Below are positions 46,333 to 56,862 of a stretch of DNA of 64,000 nucleotides, in pieces. The stretch spans positions 1-64,000 of the IMG/VR virus record IMGVR_UViG_3300029319_008466, one strand, 5' to 3'. This DNA is from a virus. A program made the position numbers and the translations under genes. Below the pieces are notes generated by a model that was not told the origin of the DNA, did not search any database, and worked only from the letters and a program-made list of their open reading frames with translations. Within the stretch, counting starts at the first letter, position 1, and every line of letters begins with the position of its first letter.

Positions 46333-49300
46333 ATGGCAATAAAAGATCTTTTTAATCAAAGAAGTTCTAACGTTGTCGTCTCCTCTAGTGCGTTAATTTT
46401 GGGAGAGGATGTAGAGTCATTAGGATATATCTCTGCTTTTGTTGAAGACGAGCAGCGGGTAGAACCACATGTTAATTTTACAAAGCCTGAAAATTTTGCC
46501 AAATATGGTTCCGCAGAACAGTATTATGACCAATCTATTAAATGGATCTATGGAGAATATCCGTATGATGGATCGTTAAAAGAAAAATATGAATGGCAAA
46601 ATAATTCTACATTATTAGATTTATACATTTATGATAATAGGTATCCAAAAACAACAGGATATGCTAACTTTTCAAGCGATGGTTGGGGCACACTAACTGC
46701 CTCTATGGTTATTGGCTATGGCGCACCAGCGACCACTAACTATGAATATATTAATTTTAAAGGCGGACCTAATTCGGAGTTTGGTTCGTCACTGGGTACT
46801 TCATCTTTAAAAGATGTTTTTGATTCAAAGTCAAATATTTGGGATAGTACTGTAACTGGGGCAGCCGGACCCATTACGGCAACAAGAGAATCAAATCTTA
46901 AAACTGATCTCGCCGAGGGCGTCACGGTTGAGTTCTGGCTAAAGACGGGCTCCCTGAGCAATGCACTAACAGAGAAACAAGTTGTTTTTGATCTTTGGAA
47001 TGGACAGGGTTCTTCGAGCGCTGATTATGGTCGTTTAAGAATTGAAATTGACCCTCTTTTAAGTGCATCATCACCTTTCAGGGTTACTGTATTATCTGGC
47101 GCTGTAGGACTTAGCACCTCGTCTTTGGAAATTGGCTCCAGTCTTGATTTAAATTCTTTTTCCGACTGGAATCATTATGCTTTTAGTTTTGTCAACAATG
47201 GCGACAACATTACAACCAAGCTGTATGTTAATGGAGATTTGGATGAAACCATAACTACCGGCTCCAGTATTGGTGAGGTTAGAAAAGATTTACAGGCCAA
47301 TATAGGCGCTCTTTTGACTGGTACGTTTAACATGAGGGCAACCCCTACTGGTCCGAATCTTGGCTGGGGTAAGCTCTCTGGGTCGATGGATGAGTTTAGG
47401 TTCTGGAAAACAAAAAGAAGCTCAAAAGATATTGGTCGATACTGGTTCACTAGCAACTTAGGAGGAGGCACTAACACTGACAATGCTAATTTAGATTTAG
47501 GTGTATATTATAAATTTAATGAGGGCATTGTAGACGATAGCGGAATAGACAGTATAGTTTTAGATTATTCAGGAAGAGTTACAAATGGTACATGGACTGG
47601 CTATCCAAGCTCAAATGCACGAAATACAGGATCCGCTATTGTCTCCGCTAGTGCAGGAGTTGAGGATTTAGATCCAATTATATACCCGACACACGCCGAC
47701 GTGAGCAGTCTTAGCACAGAATTGCTTGCTTCTGGAACGCTTTGGGATTATGAGAACAACTCATCTTTATATTATTCAATGCCAGCTTGGATTATTGAAG
47801 AAGATGAGGGAAATGGTGGAAGCACAGGAAATTTAAAAAAATTAACCCAAATAATGGGCACCTATTTAGATAATTTAGATCTTTTAATAGGAGAGCTTCC
47901 TAAGTTAAATGTTGCATCTTATCCAAGCAGCAGTGTGCGCGGAAAACTTAATAAACCATATCCATACATGCAAACCGCAGTCGGGTCACTTGGAATGCAT
48001 GCGCCTGAATTATTTTCAAATAGTGATCTTATTGAATATTTTGGAAACAGAAACGAAACGGTAGAATTTGAAGAAGAGATTCATGATGTAAAGAATTTAA
48101 TTTATAATAACATCTACAACAACTTGCCCGACATATACAAAGCCAAAGGAACCGACAAGGCTTTTAGAAACTTAATTCGTTGTTTCGGCGTCGGTGACGA
48201 CTTAATAAGACTAAACATATACTCAAATAACGATACTTATAAGTTTGAAACCAAAAGAAGGCAAGCATCTTACAAAACAAAAGCTGCAAATTTTAACAAT
48301 GTAGACAGATTTAATAGCACAGTTTATCAATATGCAGATTCCACTAATCCAAATAGTGTTTCTTATATCTCGGGTAGTTCGACAGACAGCAAAACATATG
48401 AAGATTCTTTTCCAATTACATTAGAGACGGAAATAATTTTCCCACAAAAAATACCAGCAACAGAAGACAATGCTGGATCTCAAGAATTTAGGCATATTAC
48501 GGCATCTCTTTTTGGAATGCACACAGCAATAGCATCTCAGTCTATGGCTGGAACAGAAACCGACACAACATGGCATACAACTGATAATGCCAACCTTCAA
48601 GTTTATGCAATAAGAAGTGGCACCCTTACTAAAAATGTCAAATTCATGTTGACATCTTCAGCCCCTGCACACATTCCAGAATTGACAAGCAATTTCTTTT
48701 TTAACGTCTATGAAAATCAAAAATGGAATTTTGCTGTCAGATTAAAGCCTCATGGATACCCACAAGCATTTGCTAGCGGAGCACTGGACAACAACTATAT
48801 AGTTGAATTTTATGGTGTAAGTTACATTGGTGATAGAAAAGTTGATGAATTTATCGTAAGCGGAACAGTTGCAAAAGATGCAGCAGAAACTTTTCTAACT
48901 TCTCCAAAAAGAATATACGCTGGCGCACACCGAACTAACTTTACAGGCGCTGTGTTGCAGCGAACAGATGTAAAAATAACATCTTGTAGATATTGGTTTG
49001 ATTATTTGAATAATGAAGCAATTCAAAATCACGCTATGGATCCAGGCAATTTTGGAAACCCAAATCCATCAAGAGATGCTTTTTTTCTGGAAACAGATTT
49101 ATCCAACGTCGAGGTGCCAGAAATTGAATCTCTGGCACTGTCTTGGAATTTCGAATCACTAACCGGATCTAATGCATCTGGTCAATTCACTGTTCAGGAT
49201 GTTTCGTCTGGGTCTGTGGCCGAAGTGGGTAGATACAATTGGTTAGGAAAAATTCTTAAGTATCAACACACTGGTCGAGGCGATTTATTTCCTGCAAATT

Positions 49301-52300
49301 CTACTGGATCAATTGAAACACAGTATTTGCACGCAGCCCGACAACAGTTACCAGAAACAGTATTTGGCGACGACAATATACGTGTTCTTTCTCAAGCTGA
49401 AACAGAAGTTTTTACGAAAGAAACAAGACCGTATAAAACATATTACGCTTTTGAAAAAAGTATGTATCAAGTAATTTCTGATGAAATAATACGATATTTT
49501 GGATCAATAGTTGACTTTAACAATTTAATTGGTGAGCCAGTTAATCGATATAGACCCGAATATAAAAGCTTAAAATATCTACGTCAGTTTTTCTTTGAAA
49601 GAATTGGCAACACTCCAGATTTAGATAAATTTGTAGAATATTATAAATGGATTGATTCAACACTTGAAGCCATGTTGATGGAGCTTGTGCCAGCTTCTGC
49701 ACAGACTAGTGATGGTATTGATAACATTGTTGAGAGTCACGTATTAGAAAGAAACAAGTATCAAAATAAATTTCCAACACTTGAGTTTGTTAGACCCGAC
49801 CCAGAGGGCGCAACTATTACAATCAATAAACTTCTTTATAGTTGGAAAACCAATCATCACCCATTAACCGGATCTGATAAAAATAAAGAACTTAATCCAA
49901 ATGTTGGACTACAAGCAACAAACTGTGGCTGGTGGAAAGGTAGAGCAGAGAGAGATGTAACCCCTCTTAATAGCGGAGATACGGGAATTGATTCGGATAG
50001 AAACAGGGTTTTAAGTGCATCACTTCAGGCTCTTGAAAGAAACTGGTCTACAGTACAGAGATATGTCGTTGAAAAAACAAAAGTTATTCATGGTGGGGTT
50101 AACTATTCTGACAACAAAAAACAACATTTTTATCGCGGTATTAATTTTCCACACGGTTCTGTGACAAGCATAGGTATACCACAAAACGTGTTAAAAGCCG
50201 ATCAAGTCGAGCTTATACCTTTAAAAGATTGTGATGATGTCGGATCTGTTTTTGGTTTTGGTAGCATTGCAGATGCGGCTCGCTCTGGTAGCGATGGAAG
50301 TTACGAAGTTTACCCCAAAAGAAAATATAGCTATGGCACCAGAATTGGTAGAAAAACATTTGATTCTGGTTCTTTTGATGGTATTAAAGCTGAAATCGCA
50401 ATGCCCTTTAATATTATGAGTGCGTCAACAGCCATGAAGGGATACAACAAGGGTATTCACGAGGGCTTTCACTCTGGAACTCAGCTCACCAACCTTCATA
50501 ATGATGGATATGGTCAACTAAATGAAGTTCCAATGCAAGGACCATTTACTGAAAAATATGTGGGAGGTCATCAAGCTCGACATGTTAGACTTAATTATTC
50601 TTCTTCAACACGGGTTGCGGGTGATAGAGCAGCAACTGTCAACAACTTGGATGGACAATATACACGACCAGAAGCATATCGTATTTTGCTCGGCGGCGGA
50701 GCCGGGAGTTCGGGTTCGATTGGAATTACCGGACCTGATTATGGTGGTCCATACCCCGACGTTGAAAGATACAGAGCGTGGTTTTTCCGAGAAGAAACAG
50801 CAAAGCGTCCCGTAAATATTAGAAACATTTTACAAACAACCGCATCAGTTGATACGGTTTTATCCGGTGTGCTTCAGCATGGTCCAATTGGCAACTACGA
50901 AAAAACTTATCAAGTTGTACAAACTTCTGGTCGCAGTACAAACAATTTTTGGTTTAATGATAATGGCGCTACACTTCCTACAATGTATATTTCCGACAAA
51001 CCAAAGACAACCAATGTTCATACGCTTGTAGGAGTGCGTATTAACGCAACACAGGTCGAACGCCGAGGTAACACTTTCATACCAGGAACTTACTACGAAG
51101 CGGGGGTTAGCGAATTTATTATGGGTCTTCATAAAAATTCAAACCTTTATGCTCCACAAGACGGCACGATTCCTGCTGCAAGAAGAGCCGACAGAACGGT
51201 TTATCAACTTCCAAGTAGAACCAAACAAGACGCTGTTATTGTTGAAAGATTTTCCGCTCCTGGTGGTCCAGAAATCAGCTCTCTTGGCTTCTTAGATATT
51301 ATGGCAGCCGAGAAGTCGGTATATAATGCGCTGCCCTTTAGAAACCTTACAGTGAGGGGTTCTGGATCTGGCGAACCTTCAATCTCTGGCACCATGAGGA
51401 TAGTTGATCACACCGGACACAGACGAGGTTTACGAACACTGCTTTCTCTCCACTGCGGACCCTTTGGTACAGATGGGACATTTGGTAAAATTAATCAATA
51501 TACATCTGAAGAGCGCCTTGCACAAGGTGATGCGGTTTCTGCCTCATTCCATAAAACTAATAGAAACGCACGACTTGTAATTAAAACCGATGTTAATACA
51601 AGTTTTGATTCTAAGTTTCAGTATGGCACTGGCTCTGTTTACGACAACTGGTATGTGCAGCACCCCATACCACAAAATGATTTTCAATATTCATGGATTA
51701 GTGGTTCTTTCTTGTCTGGAAATGCACCGTTTGCTCATGCCCCAAGATCAGGATTCGGCTCTGGATCTTCGGGATTTTTTAGTGCAATAACATTTATGTC
51801 ATCTAGTTTGCCCAACTATGCTGCGGGAGTATATTCGAATGGACAGGCTGCACCACGCTTAACACCTGTGGATTTTGTTGGATTAAATACTTTATTCTAT
51901 GAGGCATCGGACACTGATACAAGAATTTTTGGCGGCACTGAAGGGGCAGGCGGGACAATCACTCTCCAGTTGCAAGCCTCGGCATCGGAATATTTAAATA
52001 CAAGCATTGCCGCCTTGGACCACACTGCCTCAACGAACGGCATATTGAACAATAGAAATGGTCCATTCGGCTTCAATTCTTGGAAACAAGTTCGAGTTGG
52101 CAACAGTGCTATGGCGCGTGCCATGAGAAAAGACAACATAGTCAGCACTATTGATCCCGCAACGTTGTCCGAAAACCAACCAGGGTTACATTATTATAAT
52201 TGGTTGCCAAGTCCTTCAACTAATGCTCAAATTTTTGGACCACCGTTATCCGGTCCATCTAAAACCACTCCTGTTTCTAATGTACTTAAATCAGTTTTAC

Positions 52301-55300
52301 AGTATCATGAGCCAAACTTGTTGCAAAAATATTATCCCTTTTCTATAAACGCAACTTTAGATCCATCTTTTTGGCCAAGCAGTGGATTCAAAAAAGAAGT
52401 TAAAGTAGATGCATATGCAGCTTATGGAAATAAAAAACATCATTTTTCTAATTCTAAATTAAACAATGCGCTTTTAATATCCGATGATGTGCTAACCCCT
52501 GCCGATGAATTGTTTGATGAAGTTACAGACGATCTAAAAGGCACCCTCAATAGTGTTAAATATTCTGAAGCACTTTACCCCAAGGAGCTAAATGTTTATC
52601 GCCCACATATTCGCAAAAGAACAACATTTAAATCATTTTGGAGAAATGTGCGGCAAGATCGAACTGAAAAAGATGAAACTTCGCCACTCGCCAGTAGTGT
52701 AAAGAATTCGCAAGGCATACCAATGGCAACGCAAAGTATCTGGCCATTGGACGGAAGATTAAGTATTGATCCACAAGTTACAACTGATGCTTTTGTTAAT
52801 GTTGCCGCCAACGCCTTGACCAGAGGCGGCGGCGAAGGAGAACTTCAAAACTCAGTCAACACAGTTCACAGCCCTTATCACTCCGAAGGGTTTTCGTGTA
52901 GTGATGCTGGTGGCGACAGGGACATTACTGGATCTGCGACTTATAATAGGCGACACTTGAACATAACCGGGTCAAGCGCATGGTCTTATTCTAGCAATGC
53001 TGCCAACGCTATCACTTATAGAGGCGACTTAGTTCCTTTTTCGGGCGATGCTCCATGGGATGCGGCCGCTCAATCAGGCAAATATCCATTTTATGATTCA
53101 TATTCAGACTATGTTCACCAAATGAGGTTGATTGGAAAAGATTATTCAATTATTCCAGAATATAGAATGAGCGAAAGAATGGATGATGTTATAGAGGAGG
53201 GGATAGATCCTTTCAACGATGCATCGTTATTTTCTTTAACTGGTGCAGTCGCAACTGCTCGCTCAAGTGAACAGACAGAATTTTATAAAACGTATAGCCA
53301 TTCAGATTTTATGAAATATTTTGATGTTGTTCAAAATGATCTTTACACTTCAGAATGGTCATATTCAGCGGAAGAAGGAATTCCTGGTCCCACATCGCTC
53401 ACAGTTCGTTGTAAAGCATTGCTAAAATTGTTGCCGTATGAGGGTTTTTATCCTGCCCAGAGAACGTTACAATTAGCAAGTCTTTTTTCAAAATCGTATG
53501 GTGAATATGTTGATTTAACTGGATCTACGCCTGCGATTAGCTATAACCCCCGTGAATCCCGCTGGAGGGCTTTCTTGGCACCAATGTTTGCTCCGGGTAT
53601 TATGTTTAACACAATTAAATCGGGTATTGCTGTTGATTATCCTGTTATGACTGGCGGCTGTGTTTTGGATTTCGCCCCTTCTGCTGATAGGAAAAACTAT
53701 GCACTCGCGGAGCCAGTTTATTTTTCTTTCCGTGTGCCCTTTGAAGCGCTCGTCGAACCAGAAAATTATATCGCCAATCACGAAATTATAGATCTTGAAG
53801 TTCACCCTTCTGCTGCTATTAATGCAACCGCTTCATGGAATGGTGAGGGTGACAGTCGATATAAACTTGCCATGCACAACTTTTTAGCAGAGACGCCAGA
53901 TTTTTTCTTGGAAAATCAAACATTTACGTCTTTCTTTTCAAATCCCTCTTCTAAGTGGAAAAGTTTTGATCGCTCTAAAAGTTATAAAATGAGGGTAAAA
54001 ATTCGCAAGTCATATGCATCAAACTGGAGTGGCGACCCTTTGTTGGAGATGCCCGGTGGACCTCCTCAAATTGTTTCGGGCTCTGAAACCATAGTTATGT
54101 ATAGTCGCCCATCTGCTTTTGGTCCTCCCACTATGGGAAGCCCAACCGGCAGCAAACCAGAGCAACATGGCGCAGGCGGCGGATCTTTTGAGGGATACAA
54201 CGCTCCGTTTACGCCTCCCTATTATGACGGTTCAGCCTGGGTTGATTTAGAATATAATCCAAGCCTACATGCTGATCCCAACCCCTCTAGTGTTAATGAT
54301 TTGCTTACCAAAATTACTGCTTCTTATTTAAGATACGAAAACTGGGCAGGAGATGTCGAAGGCTTGGGAGGGCCCCAATATGGAGAATATATTAACCACA
54401 ATGCGGTGCAAATATCCTCATCAGTAAATCTTTTTGGCACCACTAATGGTCTCAAAGATTTACTCAAATATAGCGGAGTTGATGCATCAGGAGAAGAACA
54501 GTGGGTTATACAAACAAAGTTTGAAACTCCAATACTTAATTTTATCGGTGCCCGCGACACGGCAACTTCGATTGCATCGCTTTCTTTTGCTGCGGCGGCC
54601 TCATATTGCTCAGGAGGTGCGTACACAAGACCGATTGGAATGTGGCACCAGTATGGTAGATTACCCGAAGGATCCGAGGGAATTTATTTAGGCATACAAG
54701 ACTTTCCAAAACCCATACTGAGCCAACATAACTCCAGTGGATCATTAGCAGATGCTGTTGGTTTTAATAAAAAAGATGAAAAACTCGGAAAAGTCGCGGC
54801 ATCCAAAACAATTCGAGAAGCTGTTGTTGCTGTTCCGTTTGTTGAAAGAACAAATAACAGGAAATTCTTTGAAATTGATCGACATAAGATTGATACAATA
54901 TTACAAAATCCAACTGCCACGTCATACACACCAGATGATTCAATCAAACATATGGTTGATGCAATGCAAAGATATGTATTTCCACCAAGTATGGATTTTA
55001 TAAATTATCCAAACGAAGTCGGAGCATGTTTTTCAATGTATATTTTTGAATTCGAGCACCAATTGAACCAACAAGATCTTGTTGATATATGGCAAAACTT
55101 ACCACCTCGCATCGGAAGAGCATTTGATCCAGATGCACCATTGGACACGGATGAAATAATGCAGACCAAAGAGGTTACACACGTATTGAACAATAAAGAA
55201 TTATTAGAAGATGTAGACTCTAAGCTTCAGTGGATGGTGTTTAAAGTAAAACAACGTGCCCAAACAAATTATTGGAAAAAAACCGTAGCAAACAATCCCG

Positions 55301-55638
55301 ATCTTTCGTTACCTTCGGATGTTGCAAATGCATTTACAGAACTTGAATTGCAAGAATCCGCCTTTTCTACTGGACCCTCTTCACTTGGTTTGCAAGAACA
55401 AATTGCCAAAACAATAAACGAGCCAATAACTAAATACGCCGCAGGCGGCGCTGGACAAGGCGGAATACTCAAAATTGATAAACAAATAGTGAACTATAAT
55501 TGGCCATACGATTTCTTTTCTTTAGTTGAGCTTGTAAAGCTTGAACAGGATGTGATATTCGAACAACAAGAAATGGCAGGATCTGGTGGATCCCAGGTGC
55601 CCACCACTGGTGAAGAACAGCAAGAGGAGGACGCATAA
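46333..55638 (+). CDS. Giant (3101 aa) virion/baseplate protein with a LamG/concanavalin-like domain
   Basis: TVEFWLK...WNHYAF...LYVNG...GSMDEFRFW (LamG), IYKAKGT..AFRNLIRCFG (wedge-like), and about 22 [S/T]GS. Confidence 0.75.
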   Translation: MAIKDLFNQRSSNVVVSSSALILGEDVESLGYISAFVEDEQRVEPHVNFTKPENFAKYGSAEQYYDQSIKWIYGEYPYDGSLKEKYEWQNNSTLLDLYIYDNRYPKTTGYANFSSDGWGTLTASMVIGYGAPATTNYEYINFKGGPNSEFGSSLGTSSLKDVFDSKSNIWDSTVTGAAGPITATRESNLKTDLAEGVTVEFWLKTGSLSNALTEKQVVFDLWNGQGSSSADYGRLRIEIDPLLSASSPFRVTVLSGAVGLSTSSLEIGSSLDLNSFSDWNHYAFSFVNNGDNITTKLYVNGDLDETITTGSSIGEVRKDLQANIGALLTGTFNMRATPTGPNLGWGKLSGSMDEFRFWKTKRSSKDIGRYWFTSNLGGGTNTDNANLDLGVYYKFNEGIVDDSGIDSIVLDYSGRVTNGTWTGYPSSNARNTGSAIVSASAGVEDLDPIIYPTHADVSSLSTELLASGTLWDYENNSSLYYSMPAWIIEEDEGNGGSTGNLKKLTQIMGTYLDNLDLLIGELPKLNVASYPSSSVRGKLNKPYPYMQTAVGSLGMHAPELFSNSDLIEYFGNRNETVEFEEEIHDVKNLIYNNIYNNLPDIYKAKGTDKAFRNLIRCFGVGDDLIRLNIYSNNDTYKFETKRRQASYKTKAANFNNVDRFNSTVYQYADSTNPNSVSYISGSSTDSKTYEDSFPITLETEIIFPQKIPATEDNAGSQEFRHITASLFGMHTAIASQSMAGTETDTTWHTTDNANLQVYAIRSGTLTKNVKFMLTSSAPAHIPELTSNFFFNVYENQKWNFAVRLKPHGYPQAFASGALDNNYIVEFYGVSYIGDRKVDEFIVSGTVAKDAAETFLTSPKRIYAGAHRTNFTGAVLQRTDVKITSCRYWFDYLNNEAIQNHAMDPGNFGNPNPSRDAFFLETDLSNVEVPEIESLALSWNFESLTGSNASGQFTVQDVSSGSVAEVGRYNWLGKILKYQHTGRGDLFPANSTGSIETQYLHAARQQLPETVFGDDNIRVLSQAETEVFTKETRPYKTYYAFEKSMYQVISDEIIRYFGSIVDFNNLIGEPVNRYRPEYKSLKYLRQFFFERIGNTPDLDKFVEYYKWIDSTLEAMLMELVPASAQTSDGIDNIVESHVLERNKYQNKFPTLEFVRPDPEGATITINKLLYSWKTNHHPLTGSDKNKELNPNVGLQATNCGWWKGRAERDVTPLNSGDTGIDSDRNRVLSASLQALERNWSTVQRYVVEKTKVIHGGVNYSDNKKQHFYRGINFPHGSVTSIGIPQNVLKADQVELIPLKDCDDVGSVFGFGSIADAARSGSDGSYEVYPKRKYSYGTRIGRKTFDSGSFDGIKAEIAMPFNIMSASTAMKGYNKGIHEGFHSGTQLTNLHNDGYGQLNEVPMQGPFTEKYVGGHQARHVRLNYSSSTRVAGDRAATVNNLDGQYTRPEAYRILLGGGAGSSGSIGITGPDYGGPYPDVERYRAWFFREETAKRPVNIRNILQTTASVDTVLSGVLQHGPIGNYEKTYQVVQTSGRSTNNFWFNDNGATLPTMYISDKPKTTNVHTLVGVRINATQVERRGNTFIPGTYYEAGVSEFIMGLHKNSNLYAPQDGTIPAARRADRTVYQLPSRTKQDAVIVERFSAPGGPEISSLGFLDIMAAEKSVYNALPFRNLTVRGSGSGEPSISGTMRIVDHTGHRRGLRTLLSLHCGPFGTDGTFGKINQYTSEERLAQGDAVSASFHKTNRNARLVIKTDVNTSFDSKFQYGTGSVYDNWYVQHPIPQNDFQYSWISGSFLSGNAPFAHAPRSGFGSGSSGFFSAITFMSSSLPNYAAGVYSNGQAAPRLTPVDFVGLNTLFYEASDTDTRIFGGTEGAGGTITLQLQASASEYLNTSIAALDHTASTNGILNNRNGPFGFNSWKQVRVGNSAMARAMRKDNIVSTIDPATLSENQPGLHYYNWLPSPSTNAQIFGPPLSGPSKTTPVSNVLKSVLQYHEPNLLQKYYPFSINATLDPSFWPSSGFKKEVKVDAYAAYGNKKHHFSNSKLNNALLISDDVLTPADELFDEVTDDLKGTLNSVKYSEALYPKELNVYRPHIRKRTTFKSFWRNVRQDRTEKDETSPLASSVKNSQGIPMATQSIWPLDGRLSIDPQVTTDAFVNVAANALTRGGGEGELQNSVNTVHSPYHSEGFSCSDAGGDRDITGSATYNRRHLNITGSSAWSYSSNAANAITYRGDLVPFSGDAPWDAAAQSGKYPFYDSYSDYVHQMRLIGKDYSIIPEYRMSERMDDVIEEGIDPFNDASLFSLTGAVATARSSEQTEFYKTYSHSDFMKYFDVVQNDLYTSEWSYSAEEGIPGPTSLTVRCKALLKLLPYEGFYPAQRTLQLASLFSKSYGEYVDLTGSTPAISYNPRESRWRAFLAPMFAPGIMFNTIKSGIAVDYPVMTGGCVLDFAPSADRKNYALAEPVYFSFRVPFEALVEPENYIANHEIIDLEVHPSAAINATASWNGEGDSRYKLAMHNFLAETPDFFLENQTFTSFFSNPSSKWKSFDRSKSYKMRVKIRKSYASNWSGDPLLEMPGGPPQIVSGSETIVMYSRPSAFGPPTMGSPTGSKPEQHGAGGGSFEGYNAPFTPPYYDGSAWVDLEYNPSLHADPNPSSVNDLLTKITASYLRYENWAGDVEGLGGPQYGEYINHNAVQISSSVNLFGTTNGLKDLLKYSGVDASGEEQWVIQTKFETPILNFIGARDTATSIASLSFAAAASYCSGGAYTRPIGMWHQYGRLPEGSEGIYLGIQDFPKPILSQHNSSGSLADAVGFNKKDEKLGKVAASKTIREAVVAVPFVERTNNRKFFEIDRHKIDTILQNPTATSYTPDDSIKHMVDAMQRYVFPPSMDFINYPNEVGACFSMYIFEFEHQLNQQDLVDIWQNLPPRIGRAFDPDAPLDTDEIMQTKEVTHVLNNKELLEDVDSKLQWMVFKVKQRAQTNYWKKTVANNPDLSLPSDVANAFTELELQESAFSTGPSSLGLQEQIAKTINEPITKYAAGGAGQGGILKIDKQIVNYNWPYDFFSLVELVKLEQDVIFEQQEMAGSGGSQVPTTGEEQQEEDA

Positions 55639-55724
55639 TGCTTGATGTCCCAATCGAAATAGAAAGAGAGGAATCAGGTGGCGGCATGTCAATGCAAACT
55701 ACTTCTGGTGAAGAAGACAGCTAA
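55638..55724 (+). CDS. Putative 28-aa acidic peptide
   Basis: MLDVPIEIEREESGGGMSMQTTSGEEDS*. TAATG coupling and a GAGGAGG SD at 55624-55630. Confidence 0.5.
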   Translation: MLDVPIEIEREESGGGMSMQTTSGEEDS

Positions 55725-55727
55725 CGC

Positions 55728-55734
55728 CTAATTA
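55728..55734 (+). promoter_or_regulatory. Candidate late promoter CTAATTA, possibly leaderless
   Basis: Ends 7 nt before ATG 55742, with no SD. Confidence 0.45.
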
Positions 55735-55741
55735 ATAGTAT

Positions 55742-56857
55742 ATGGAGTTTTTTAATAAAAAAGAAGAAGTAATTGATCTAAAACTTACACAATATGGTAG
55801 ATACCTTTTGTCACTGGGTCAGTTTAAGCCCACTTATTACGCATTTTATGATGAAGAGATATTATATGACTCCAATTACGGCGGAATTTCGGAGGATCAA
55901 AATAGTTCAGAACCAAGGATTCAAGAAAACACTCCAAGTTTAAAATTGCAACATCTTTATCACAGCATTGATGATGAAATGTTGAGAGCCTCACAGGTTC
56001 AAGAACTGGGCTATGAAAAAGTTGCTGCAAAAATAATTCAACCAACTCCAGAAAAAACACAAACTTTGCAAAAACCTTTAGGGCACTCACGCTTAGGTTC
56101 AAATAAAGTTCCCGCTTGGCAGATAACCGCGCTTGGTGGAAAAATTTTAACAGCAAGCACTGAAGCAACTTTAACACTTAGTGGCTCCGAGACTATTTTG
56201 GAAATTCCACAAATTGAGGCAGAAATAAAATATACTGTATCAATTGAACAACATCAGCTTGATTTAATCGAGTCAATAAATGAAGGAATTTTGTCTGGAG
56301 AATTGGACGATGAAAATCATAGCATGATGCGCGATCTTATAGAGCAATCTGGTGGCGAAAATTTTGATGAATTGTCGTATGAGATTAAAGTATACGAAGA
56401 TGGAAGTTACTTCGCAATTGATGCAGACCAGTTAATATTGGAAATAGTCGAAGAACATGCCCCAATGGGCAACAAGAATTTCGAAATAGAAGTTTTTGAA
56501 AGAGAAGATAAAAAAACAAACAAAACAGCAAACACAACAACCGTTACAAAATTAAATCAACTTAGTTTTATTTCAAAACCCGAACTTGTTGTTAATGATA
56601 TATTGTTAGATGAAGATGAATCATACACTGGTGAAGAACCAGCAATTGATACAAGTTGTGTTGATTATTACTTTGATGTTGAAGTGGATGGTGAAATTGA
56701 TCCATTAATAATTTGTAACAAGCTACAGAACGCAGATCTAGATGAGTACAAGTTCGCATTTAAAGATTTTAGATGTGAAGATTTCACACAATCAGCTTAT
56801 AAATTTCTTAGCCCTTATGCGGAAAAAGATGATGAAACAGGGTGTGGGGAGACGTAA
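55742..56857 (+). CDS. Virion structural protein (tail/baseplate attachment-like N-terminus)
   Basis: D..LT..GR..L..G.F....AF.D....YD N-terminus shared with 62598..63500. Confidence 0.6.
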   Translation: MEFFNKKEEVIDLKLTQYGRYLLSLGQFKPTYYAFYDEEILYDSNYGGISEDQNSSEPRIQENTPSLKLQHLYHSIDDEMLRASQVQELGYEKVAAKIIQPTPEKTQTLQKPLGHSRLGSNKVPAWQITALGGKILTASTEATLTLSGSETILEIPQIEAEIKYTVSIEQHQLDLIESINEGILSGELDDENHSMMRDLIEQSGGENFDELSYEIKVYEDGSYFAIDADQLILEIVEEHAPMGNKNFEIEVFEREDKKTNKTANTTTVTKLNQLSFISKPELVVNDILLDEDESYTGEEPAIDTSCVDYYFDVEVDGEIDPLIICNKLQNADLDEYKFAFKDFRCEDFTQSAYKFLSPYAEKDDETGCGET

Positions 56858-56862
56858 TCTAA

